Shown: positions 52,286-63,619 of the stretch, piece after piece
How positions within the stretch are numbered: the first letter of the stretch is position 1
Layout of the letters: each line of letters opens with the position of its first letter
Assembly (NCBI GenBank): GCA_030390025.1
Contig: CM059432.1
Coordinates: forward strand, 40,550,001-40,614,000
DNA: 64,000 nucleotides
Reading direction: 5' to 3'
Source of the DNA: Squalus acanthias
Taxonomy: Eukaryota
The notes under the pieces: generated by a model
Seen by the model: the letters and a program-made list of their open reading frames with translations, nothing else
The model's database searches: none
Told to the model about the DNA's origin: nothing
Made by a program: the position numbers and the translations under genes

Positions 52286-52490
52286 GAAGTCGCACAATAC
52301 CAGGTTATAGTCCAACAGTTTTATTTGAAATCACGAGCTTTCGGAGCGCTGCTCCTTCGTCACTTTACCTGACGAAGGAGCAGCGCTCCGAAAGCTCGTG
52401 ATTTCAAATAAAACTGTTGGACTATAACCTGGTGTTGTGCGACTTCTCATTTTTGTCCACCCCAGTCCAACACCGGCATCTCCGCATCAT
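52286..52490. mobile_element. non-coding palindromic PLE mini-element (family A) inserted in CR1
   Basis: 81-bp arms 52282-52362 / 52370-52450 (1 mismatch), 7-nt loop; 15-bp TSD AGCATGGTTTTATGA at 52271-52285 and 52491-52505. Confidence 0.93.
52365..52401 (+). ncRNA. minimal type I hammerhead ribozyme motif (intact core, CUC triplet)
   Basis: UUAC CUGACGA A GGAGC AGC GCUCC GAAA GCUC GUGA. Confidence 0.8.
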
Positions 52491-55475
52491 AGCATGGTTT
52501 TATGAAAGGGAAATCATGTTTAACAAATTTGCTGGAGTTCTTTGAGGATGTAACGAGTAGGGTGGATGTGGTGTATTTGGATTTCCAGAAGGGATTCGAT
52601 AAGGTGCCACATAAAAGGTTACTGCATAAGATAAGAGTTCACAGAGTTGGGGGTAATATATTATCATGGATAGAGAATTGGCTAACTAACAGAAAGCAGA
52701 GAGTCGGGATAAATTGGTCATTTTCCGGTTGGCAAACCGTAACTAGTGGGGTGCTACAAGGATCGGTGCTGGGTCCTCAACTATTTACAATCTACATTAA
52801 TGACTTGGATGAAGGGACCGAGTGTAATGTAGCCAAGTTTGCGGATGATACAAAGATGGGTGGGAAAGCAAGTTGTGCAGAGGACTCAAAGAATCTGCAA
52901 AGGGATATAGACAGGCTAAGTGAGTGGGCAAACATTTGGCAGATGGAGTATAATGTGGGAAAGTGCAAGGTTATCCACTTTGGCAGGAAAAATAAAAAAG
53001 CGAATTATTTTTTTTAATGGAGAGAGATTACAAAATGCTACAGTTCAGAGGGACCTGGAGGTCCTTGTGCATGAAACAGAAAAAGTTAGCATGCAGGTAC
53101 AGCAAGTAATCAAAAAGGCAAATGGAATGTTAGCCTTTATTGCAAGGGGGTTGGAGTATAAAAGCAGGGAAGTCCTGCTACAACTGTACAGAGTATTGGT
53201 GAGACCACACCTTGAGTACTGCGTACAGTTTTGATCTCCTTATTTAAGGAAGGATATACTTGCATTGGAGGCAGTTCAGAGACGATTCACTAGGTTAATT
53301 CCAGAAATGAGGGGGTTGACTTATGAGGAAAGGTTGAGCAGGCTGGGCCTATACTCATTGGAATTTAGAAGAATGAGAGGTGATCTTATTGAAACATACA
53401 AGATATTGAGGGGGCTCGACAAGGTAGGTGTAGAGAGGATGTTTCCCCACATGGGGAAATCTAGAACTCGGGGGCATAGTTTCAGAATAAAGGGTCGCCC
53501 TTTTAGAACTGAGATGAGGATGAATTTCTTCTCAGCGGGTCGTAAATCTGTGGAATTCTCTGCCCCAGAGAGCCGTGGAGGCTGGGTCATTAAATACATT
53601 TAAGGTGGAGATAGACAGATTTTTGCAAGATAAGGGAGTGAAGGGTTATGGGGAATGAGCAGGGAAGTGGCTTTGAGCCCAAGGTCAGCCATGATCTTAT
53701 TTAATGGCGGAGCAGGCTCGAGGGGCCAAGTGGCCTATTCCTGCTCCTATTTCTTATGTTCTTAAGTCAGAGGCCTATAAAATCTCTTGGTGTTTTTTTT
53801 TCCTTTCTTTAAGTCCACCCCCTGCATATTGTGCCACTCCCCAGCTCCCAAAGCACCACCAGTATAATTTTGTAACCGGCCAGAACTATTTGGAATTAGC
53901 ATAATTTCTTTTTGATTTCCACTTCTGTTTTGTACCTTCCCCATCAAATGGCTGAACAAAGCTGAATCCTGCCACTTTGCAGCTAGTTCATCAGGTTGTC
54001 AGCACACCAGTGCCACTGTGCCACATTTACGAAACCAGAAGCAGTCACTTAAACAGTGTGTGATATTTGATGAGCTGGGAATGAGATCTCCCTTTCACAA
54101 TGCAATTCCCAGGCCAGGCAACAGTTAATGGGTTTTCCATTGCGGCTCTTGCTGTGAAAGGTCTCCAAGATGTCCAATGAATTGTACTGAACAGACAGCA
54201 TCAAAGAGGTCATCCATTGCTGCCTTAACATCAAAAGTTCAGCTGACAGAATCTCGCTCCCTTCCTCAGTCTACTGAAGATTTTTACATTTATTGGTTTA
54301 ATAAAATGTCCAAGATAAACTTGTCAATGTACTGTGTCTTCACCTCCAAAATTCAGTTCCACTTACACAAAATGCAGGATTTCAGTTCTAGGACTTCTTT
54401 GCAAGGCCATTCATTCCCTCCAGCAGATTTTCTGAGAGAGGGCCTTTTTAAAGTCAAAAATCAAATGAAGCTTTTGAAGAAAATCATACAGCATTACAGA
54501 TATCCTGATCTGAAGAATTTATTTTTGGTTTCATTTTGTGAATGGTACTGCAGGTTACAATGATTAATATTGTCTCTTCATACTTTAGAAATAGAATCAT
54601 TGAATCATACAGCACAGAAGGAGGCCATTCGGACCATCGTGCCTGTTCCGACTCTTTGCAAATGCTATCCAATTAGTCTTGCTCCTGTGCTCTTGCCCCA
54701 AAGCCCTGCAGAATCAGATTGGTTAATCTCAACCGAGTTGACAGTAAGGCACTATACTGGCCCTAATTTGTCTCAGAACTGTCTCCCTATGTCTCTGTAT
54801 GGCTATCATAGGTTTTCATTTTTTTACAGCTTACCTTCAATAAACCCAGTTTAGGCAGCAAGATGGCAATACAAAAAGAAAATACAAATATTATACAGTA
54901 GTCACTCTTCTTCATAGTCTGGATTTTTGTAAAAGATTAAGCATGCTAATCGTAGCCTGCTACTTTCCTTCTAGAATATTTAACAAGCTCCACAATTAGA
55001 AATGGATTTTAACCATAAATACCAACAACAGATCATGAAATATTCTGCAAATGGAGGCCTGTCATCAGTGCAAAATAAATTTGCATCAACATGAACATCC
55101 TTTTTCCACTTTTGTTCACTTGTTTGAATACTTTAATGTGAGTAGCACTGGTGATTCCATTAGAGGAACTGGCCCATCAGCGAAAAGGAGCTCCAACATC
55201 ACTTGAGACAAATGTTAGCCCAGGGCTGTCAGTTCAACTGTGTGTGAGTCAGCTCAGCTTCGCCACACTGTCAAACTGACTAACTCCTTCGAGCCAATCC
55301 CTCCGCCACCCCACCTTCTCCCGATAATAAAACAAAAATGTTCAAACATTCAACTAAAGTAGTCAGAGAAAAAACAAAAAGATATTGAAGTCAATGACAA
55401 TTCTTTGCTTTTTAAAATATGTCCTGATAGTGAGTCCATAAGATGCAAATAGTTTTTACGGTACAGCATAAAAAT

Positions 55476-56660
55476 GAAGAAAGGTGAGAGGGCGAAACCA
55501 GGAAATTATAGACTTATTCGTCTAACATCTGTTGTGGAGAAGTTATTGGAATCTATAATTAAGGACAGAGTGACTGAGCACTTAGAGAAATTTGAGCTGA
55601 TTAGAGAAAGCCAACATGGATTTGTAAAGGGTAGGTCATGTCTAACAAACTTAACTGAATTTTTTGGGAAGTAACTAAAGTAGTAGACAGGGGAATGTCT
55701 ATGGTTGTAGTTTATATGGACTTCCAGAAGGCATTCAATAAGGTTCTACATTAGAGACTGGTAGCTAAAATTAAAGCTCATGGAATGGAAGGCGAATAAT
55801 TGACCTGGTTAGGAGATTGGTTAGGCGGTAGAAGACAGAGAGTAGGGATAACGGGTATGTACTCGAATTGAAAGGAAGTGACTAGTGGTGTCCCCACAAG
55901 GATCTGTGCTAGGGCCTCCTCAACTATTCACTATATTTATTAATGACTTAGATAAAACAATAGCGAGCCATATATCCAAGTTTTCTGATGACACAAAGAT
56001 TGGTGGCATAGTAAGTAGTGTAGATAGGAACATAAAATTACAAAGAAACATTGATAGATTAAGTGAGTGGGCAAAACGGTGACAGATGGATTTCAACGCA
56101 GTTAAGTGTGAGGTCATCCATTTTGGACCAAAAAAGGATAGATCAGAGTATTATTTAAATGGTGAAAAGTTAGGAACAGTAAAGGTCCAAAGAGATTTCG
56201 GGGTCCATGTACACAGATCACTAAAATGTCAGATACAAAAAAATAATCAAAAAGGCTAATGGAATGTTAGCCTTTATAACTAGAGGGTGAGAATATAAAG
56301 GGGAAGAAGTTTTGCTACAGCTATGCAAAGCCCTGGTTAGACCACATCTAGAGTACTGTGTACAGTTCTGGGCACTGCACCTCAGAAAGAATATATTGGC
56401 CTTGGAAGGAGTGCAGCGCAGATTCACTAGAATGCTACCAGGGCTCCAAGGGTTAAATTAGGAGGAGAGATTACATAAACTAGGCTTGTATTCCCTGGAA
56501 TATAGAAGGTTAAGGGATTATTTAATTGAGGTTTTTACAATTTTAAAAGTAATTGAAAAAGCAGATAGAGAGAAACTTTTTCCGCTAGTTGAGGAGTCTA
56601 GGACAAGGGGACATCACCTTAAAATCAGAGCCAGGCATTCAGAAGAGAAGTTAGGAAACA
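55476..56660 (+). mobile_element. CR1 RT fragment, degenerate
   Basis: PGNYRLIRLTSVVEK..QHGFVKGRSCLTNL; PQGSVLGP..KFSDDTK; SRTRGH. Confidence 0.88.
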
Positions 56661-56924
56661 ATTCTCATACATCAGCAGAGACGCAATTCAAGGTAGGCGA
56701 GGCAGACCTTAACACTTGGCAATATCCTACCCTCTTTTGGAGTTCAAAGTGGAATGGTTCACTCAAAACCAGATGGGATTTTAGGGTCAAATTACCTTTT
56801 CACAGCCCTAAAAGTTCTTAGAATCTTATTTTAACAAAGCTACCTAACAAATTGGGCATTAAAAACTTTAAATACCACAGTTCTGTTCATTTCAAATCCT
56901 GTTGATCTCAGAGTAAATTACACG

Positions 56925-57370
56925 GAATTACATTTAATTTAAAGCACAGAAACAGGCCATTCGGCCCAACTGGTCTCTGCCTGTGTTTATGCTCCACACG
57001 AGCCTCCTCCCACTCTACTTCACCTAAATCTATCAGCATAACCGTCTATTCCTTTCTCCCTCATGTACTTATCTAGCTTCCCCTTAAATTCATCTATGCT
57101 ATTCGCCTCAACTACTATATATGGTAGCAAGTTCCACATGCTAACCACTCTCTGAGTAAAGAAGTTTCTCCTGAATTCGTTATTGGATTTATTAGTAGCT
57201 CTCTTATATTTATGGCCCTGAGTTTTGGACTCCCCCACAAGTGGAAACATCTTCTCTATGGCTACCCTATCAAATCCCTTCATAAATTTAAAGAGCTCTA
57301 TTAGGTCACCCCTCAGCCTCCCCTTTTCCAGAGAAAAGAGCCCCAGCCTGTTCAGTCTTTTCTGATAGTT
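56925..57370 (-). mobile_element. CR1 3' fragment
   Basis: FRRNFFTQRVVSMWNLLP..FKGKLDKYM. Confidence 0.85.
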
Positions 57371-57942
57371 AAATTATACTGCAAATTGCCACCATCAGTA
57401 TATTTAATACATTGTTAAACAAATGTGTTATTACCATTTTTGTAAAGAATGTATTTAATAAAATTAAGAACATCAGCAATTTTCTGGTAAAATGAAACTC
57501 CACAATACCTATGCATTGTCTAACTCATAGCTCCAATTATATCCAAATGCCTAAAGGATTACAGTAAGATGGAAATCTCTGTCTTGAGAGTCAAGTACCC
57601 TGGATAATTAATTTCATTTTTATTAAATGAATGAAACTGGAGGCCATTTTCCCACATTTATATGAAAAACAAGTTTTACAACTAAATCATCAACCACACA
57701 ATTAAAAGAGGAATCACCAATCCTGCTTCATTATCATTTCATCACAAAATGCATTAACAGGAAAGTTAGCACCCAAATAGATAATTGCCAGAAAATCGTG
57801 TTACACAGCACTCAAAATTCCAATATAGCCCCAGGCACATCTCCGTAAGTGCCGGAGGGAGGATAGAGGTGGTGAAACCTGGTTCTGCCAGGATTCCAGC
57901 CTATTCAGAGGAAGCTGTTCGAGGCGGCCGTTTAAAAAAAAA

Positions 57943-59237
57943 ATTATTCGTTTTTACGGGATGTGGACGTTGTTGGCAAGGCCAGCATTTATTGCCCATC
58001 CCTAATTGCCTTTGAGAAGGTGGTGGTGAGCCACCTTCTTGAACCGCTGCAGTGCGTGTGGTGAAGCTACTCCCACAGTGCTGTTAGGTAGGGAGTTCCA
58101 AGATTTGGACCCAGAGACGATGAAGGATCGGCAATATACTTCTAAGTCAGGATGGTGTGCGACTTGGAGGGGAACTTGGAGGTGGTGGAGTTCCCATGCG
58201 CCTACTGCCCTTGTCCTTCTACGTGGAAGAGGTCGCGAGTTTGGGAGATGCTGCCGAAGAAGCCTTGGCGAGTTGCTGCAGTGCATCTTGTAGATGGTAC
58301 ACACTGGAGCCACGGTACGCCGTGGTGGATGGAGTGCCAATCAAGCGGGCTGCTTTATCCTGGATGGTGTTAAGCTTCTTGAGTGTTGTTGGAGCTGCAC
58401 TCATCCAGGCAAGTGGAGAGTGTTCCATCACACTCCTTACTTGTGCTTTGTAGATGGTAGAAAGGCTTTGAGGAGTCAGGAGGTGAGACACTCGCTGCAG
58501 AATACCTAGCCTCTGACCTGCTCTTGTTGCCACAGTATTTATGTGGCTGGTCCAGTTAAGTTTCTGGTCAACGGTGACCCCCAGGACGTTGATGGTGGGG
58601 GATTTGCCGATGGTAATGCTGTTGAATGTCAAGGGGCGGTGGTTAGACTCTCGCTTGTTGGAGATAGTCGCTGTGGCGCGAATGTTACCTGCCACTTATC
58701 AGCCCAAGCCTGAACGTCATCCAGGTCTTGTTGCATGCGGGCATGGACTGCTTCATTATCTGTGGAGTTCTGAATGGCACTGAACACTGTGCAGTCATCA
58801 GCGAACATCCCCATTTCTGACCTTATGTTGGAGGGAAGGTCATTGATGAAGCAGCTGAAGATGGTTGGGCCTAGGACACTGCCCTGAGGAACTCCTGCAG
58901 TGATGTTATGGGGCTGTGATGATTGACCTTCAACCACCACAACCATCTTCATTTGTGCTATGTATGACTTGAGCCAGTGGAGAGTTTTCCCCCCGATTTC
59001 CATTGACTTCAATTTTACTAGGGCTCCTTGATGCCACGCTCGGTCAAATGCTGCCTTGATGTCACCTCACCTCTGGAATTCAGCTCCTTTGTCCATGTTT
59101 GGACCAAGGCTGCAATGAGGTCGGGATCCGAAGTGGTCTTGGCGGAACCCAAACTGGGCATCGGTGAGCAGGTTATTGGTGAGTAAGTGTCGCTTGATAG
59201 CACTGTCGATGACAGCTTCTATCACTTTGCTGATGAT
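57943..59237 (-). mobile_element. APE/RT LINE family X, 3' 1.3 kb
   Basis: VPQGSVLGPTIF..FADDCT; close match to 47550-48860. Confidence 0.9.
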
Positions 59238-59667
59238 TTCCACTCATGCCACATATATATGAAGGAGGCAAGGCCATGTGAGTTCATGGGCTACCCCAGG
59301 AAATTACACCTAGGCCCATCCTAGGTTCCTGGTAAAGGCCTCAAAATGCAGGAGGGGATTCATAATCAATCCCGGAGAATATCAATTATCTTCCAGTGGT
59401 GACCTGACTGCTCCTTTGGGACATGCAGGGTTGGGCTACTCTGTATTTAGGGAGGCCCTTCCCAGGCTTTCTGTACTGTATCAGAGTGGTGTGGCACCGC
59501 TCCAACTTTTTATGCCACTGTCAGGGCAGGTGCCGTTGATGCACCCTTACAGACAGAGACAGGCCGTCCCCACAATTTGGGACGGGGTTTACAGTGGACT
59601 CTATCTGTTCTACTGTCCTTCCGCTGGTGGAGCGGGTGTCCCGGAATCTTGAGCTCAAGCTGTCTGC

Positions 59668-59862
59668 AGTGACACACTCCTTTACTCTCGTCCACATTAC
59701 TGACACAGTCCTTTACTATCACTCCACTTTTGTGACACACTCCTTTAATCTCAATTCTCTCCGGTAACACATTCTTTCACTCTCACTCCTGACTAATGAC
59801 ACATTCCTTTACACTCTCTCTTTTACAGTGACATACTTCTTTACTTTCAATTCTCTACAGTC
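59668..59862. repeat. degenerate ~32-bp minisatellite, 6 units
   Basis: TGACACACTCCTTTACTCTC-like cores at about 59670, 59701, 59733, 59765, 59797, 59829. Confidence 0.8.
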
Positions 59863-60475
59863 ACTCTGCAGTGGCTCCTGTGTCCTCCCTCTCCAGATCA
59901 CAAGACAGTTACAGATGGGTTCGGTCATTTAGTCCATCCTAGCTCACTGATCCAGAAGGAAACTACAGTTCCCCTATTACAGCATCCAGGTCTTTCTGAT
60001 TCCAGGGTTTTTGCCTCCATTACTCCACCCAAAAGTGTTTCTAATGTGTTGATTATTCTGCGTCAGGAAGAACCCCCTCACAGCAGACCTAAACTTGCCT
60101 TTTACTAGTTTGAATGTGTCCCTATGAATTATTGTCCTGGTTTAATTTAGAGTTGTATTCTCGGCCTACCTTTCTATACTGTTTACTATCGTTTATACCG
60201 TACCTCTATTAGATCGCCTCTCAGTCACCATCTCCTAAGATTGAAAAAGTCGAGTTTCTCCCATCTTTTCTCATAATTCTTCTCTGAACCCCGTCCAGGA
60301 CTTGAATATCTCCTGTGTTTTGGTGACCAGAACTGGGCACGATACTCAAGCTGTGGTGTGATCAGAGCACCATACAGTTTAACGTCTCTACCTTCAACTT
60401 ATACTCTGCTCCACTCTACTGTTTTGGCTATATAGCTCAGGTTTCCATTTGCTTTGTTTATTGCTGTTCCACAGT

Positions 60476-62108
60476 TTGGTGCCGATGACACCAAACTTGG
60501 GTGTGTGTCAAACAGTGACGATGATACCAATTGACTGCAACAGGGCATAGAAAGGCTAGCAGAAGGGGTAGACAAGTGGCAGATGGAAATTAATACAGAG
60601 AAGTGGGAGGTGATGCATTTTGGCAGAAGGAACAGGGAGGGGCAATATACACTTAATGGCACAGTTTTAAAGAGTGTGCAGAGACAGAGGGACCTGGGAG
60701 TTAATGTGCATAGGTCCCTGAAGGTGGCAGGACATAGTGAGAGTGGTTAGCAAAGCATATGGGATCTTGGGCTTCATAAATAGAGGTATTGAGTACAAAA
60801 GTAGAGAAGTTATGCTGAACCTTTATAAACGCTGGTTAGGCCACAACTGGAGTATTGCGTCCAGTTCTGGTCACCACACTTTAGAAAGGATGTGAAGGCT
60901 CTTGAGGGTGCAGAGGAGATTTACCAGAATGGTTCCGGGGATGGGGGATCTTAGCTACAAGGACAGGTTGGAGAAGCTGAATTTGTTTCCATTAGAGCAA
61001 AGGAGGTTGAGGGGTGACTTGACAGAGGTGTACAAGATTATGACGGGTTTAGATAGGCTAGACGGGGAAAGGCTGTTCCCACTAGTTGATGGTACAAGGA
61101 CTACGGGACACAGATTTAAGGTTTTGGGCAAGAGATACAGGGGGATGTGTGGAAAAAAATTTTTACACAGCGAGTGGTGATGACCTGGAATTCGCCGCCG
61201 ACGGAAGTGGAGGAAGCGGAGACACTCAATGTTTTCAAGGGGAGACTAGATAGGCACTTGAGAGAAATAAACTTGCAGAGCTACGGGGATAGAGCAGGGG
61301 AATGGCACTGACTGGATTGCTCTACAGAGAGCCGGCACGGACTCGATGGGCCGAATGGCCTCCTTCTGTGCCATTATGACTCTATGGGCTGGATTTTACC
61401 AGCCCTGAGGAGGTGGGTTTGGAGGCGGGACTGCCTGGAAAATGGCAGTAACTGGGAGCGGTTACCGACCCCGCTCCCAACCCGCCTCCGTGCCATCTTC
61501 CCGGAGACGGGTCCCCGAGTCGCGCAGGGACCCGTCTCCTCGAGGCGGGAAGGGGATTAGAGCCAATTAACTGCCTGTTAACAGGTAGTTAACAGGCAGT
61601 TTTGAGGCTTTTCCCCACTTTACGCCTGCAATTGCGGGCTTCCCGACGGCTGCGAACCTCGCTAGGGCCAATGAGGCGAGCAGTGGGTCTGCAGGGGTGA
61701 GAGGGGTCGAAGAGTCAGATGTAGAGGTGAGTGATGGGTGCAAGTGTGGACAGATAAGTATGAGAGGTGAGTGTAAAATGTTGGAAAAAGTTTCCTTACC
61801 TTTGCTTCTTTCTGCAGGCTTCAACCTTTGAGGATCCGGAGGTGCCTCATCTCAACGGTAGAGATGACAGAATGGCTGCTGCATTCTCAGATGCAGCAGC
61901 CATCCGCTTTCTGCTGAGGAGAGAGGTCTTGGTGAGCCTTTATGCAAGGGCTCACCTTAGAACAGAGATTGGCAGTGTTTGCCAGCTTCTTAAAGCTGTC
62001 AAACACTGACAATTCATCTGTCAAAAAATTTGCGACAGATGAAGCGTCATACGCTGATGTCATCTGTCACTGGCTTTCCATTGAGAAAATCCAGCCCTAT
62101 GACTCTAT
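60476..62108 (+). mobile_element. CR1 3' fragment; its (ATGACTCT)n tail is interrupted by a TIR element
   Basis: GCCGATGACACCAAACTT (ADDTKL)..[28 protein letters not shown]. Confidence 0.88.
61386..62097. mobile_element. non-autonomous PIF/Harbinger-like DNA transposon (712 bp)
   Basis: perfect 12-bp TIR GGGCTGGATTTT / AAAATCCAGCCC; 3-bp TSD TAT (61383-61385, 62098-62100). Confidence 0.85.
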
Positions 62109-62880
62109 AAAGGCTAAGTGCCAAATCTTCGAAACCTTTAGATCTCTTTCAAGTTCAGCCTGAGCTATTTAAGACGACTCTTGTATTATGTATAACAACA
62201 ATTTTTTCTTCCTATTTTCAACATTTTACCCTTGTGCATACTAAATTTCATCTACCACTGCTCCGCCCACATACACATGTTACCTAACTCATTCTATAGG
62301 TCCCTGGCTGTCTCCTGAGATTCATCTGACCACCCGCCCCCCTCCCCCTCGCCACTCCCATATTGTTTATGAATATGGCCAGTTGCACTGAGCCTCTGAC
62401 TCCAAATCTACTTCCATACTTGTGCTTGTTTAGATCAGATTCTGGGCAAGTAGTGCCGCTGAACCAGCCCCTACATTTAAACTACTAAATCTGATTACTA
62501 ATTCTGGAAACATAATCATAGGTACACAAAAAACTAGGTCCATGATTCTGCATCTGGGTTAAGGGATTAAATGGTGTAAATTGGGGGAGAGGATTGGTCT
62601 CTTAGAATCCAACCGAAATAAGAGCCAATATCAAAGCATCTCGAGTCATTAATGCAAGAAGTGGGAGTCCCTGGAACACTACACTGAACATTTCCTTCCC
62701 CTCATCCAACACTTGCTTAACTGCTTTCTACCCTTCAACCAGTTTCTTATCCAATCCTATTTTCTTCAAGTTTAACTAAATGTTTATTGTGTGAAATTTT
62801 GTCAAAAGCTTTTTGGAAGTCAAGGTCCACTGGGTTGTCACTTCCTCAAGAATCAAGACTGATCATGTAGGGTCTTCCTC

Positions 62881-63265
62881 TTTTTTCTTATTCATTCCTG
62901 GGATGTGGGCATCCAGCATTTATTGCCCTTGAGAAGGTGGTGGTGAGTGGCTCGCTAGGCCATTTTGGAGGGCAATTAAGAGTCAATCACATTGCTGTGG
63001 GTCAGGAGTCACATATAAGCCAGACCAGGTAAGGATGGCAGAGTTCCTTCCCTAAAGGAAGTTAGTGAACCAGATGGGTTTATTACGACAATCGGTAGTT
63101 TTATGGTCACCATGACTGATACTAGCTTTGATTCCAGATTTATTTAATTAACTGAATTTAAATTCAACAGCTGCCATGGTGGGATTTGAACTCATATCTC
63201 TGGATCATTTGCCAGGCCTCTGGATTACTAGTCCAGTAACATAACCACTGTGCTACCATACCCCC
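62881..63265 (-). mobile_element. tRNA-headed SINE with LINE family X tail
   Basis: minus-strand A box TAGCACAGTGG (63245-63255), B box GTTCAAATCCC (63181-63191); 3' tail CACCACCACCTTCTCAAGGGCAATAAATGCTGG..CCCACATCCC then A-rich end. Confidence 0.85.
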
Positions 63266-63619
63266 TTGTTGGCTGCTATTTACTATGTTATTACCGCATA
63301 GGAAAGCCTCATTTTTACTTCAAATAATCGATTCCACTACAGATGTAAAACTGATGAGTCTGTAGCTACCTGGATCTGCTTCTCCCCAAGACTCTTAGGT
63401 TTCCTATTTGGCTTGGCAGAGGTTTCACCACCTCAATAACTATTAACATTTCTGTCGCTAAAATCTATAGATAACAAAACTTCTAAATATAGAGAAACCT
63501 TTTTTTTCCCCCGGTTCACTTTCATTGCGCCTGTTCTGAATTTCACTATAAATTCCAAGCATCAAATATAAGGAACTGATGGCAGAAAACAAAAGGAAGC
63601 CAATTAAAAAGCTACATTT

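Larger units (their letters stand above)
51803..53765 (+). mobile_element. CR1 LINE 3' half (RT) containing two nested insertions
   Basis: NYRPVSLTSVIGK..QSQHGFM|KGKSCLTNLLEFF..KFADDTK..RPHLEYCVQF; tail TTCTTATGTTCTTA. Confidence 0.92.
59905..63440 (-). mobile_element. old CR1 in pieces (about 59905-60470, 62170-62875, 63266-63440), split by younger insertions
   Basis: AINKANGNLSYIAKTVE; CCAGAACTGGGCACGATACTCAAG; AAATTTCATCTACCACTGCTCCGCCCA; GTCAAAAGCTTTTTGGAAGTCAAG. Confidence 0.6.

Noticed and set aside
59668..59862. CRISPR-like repeat/spacer pattern
   Set aside because: repeats are degenerate, linkers are only ~12 bp and related to each other, there are no cas genes, and the context is vertebrate
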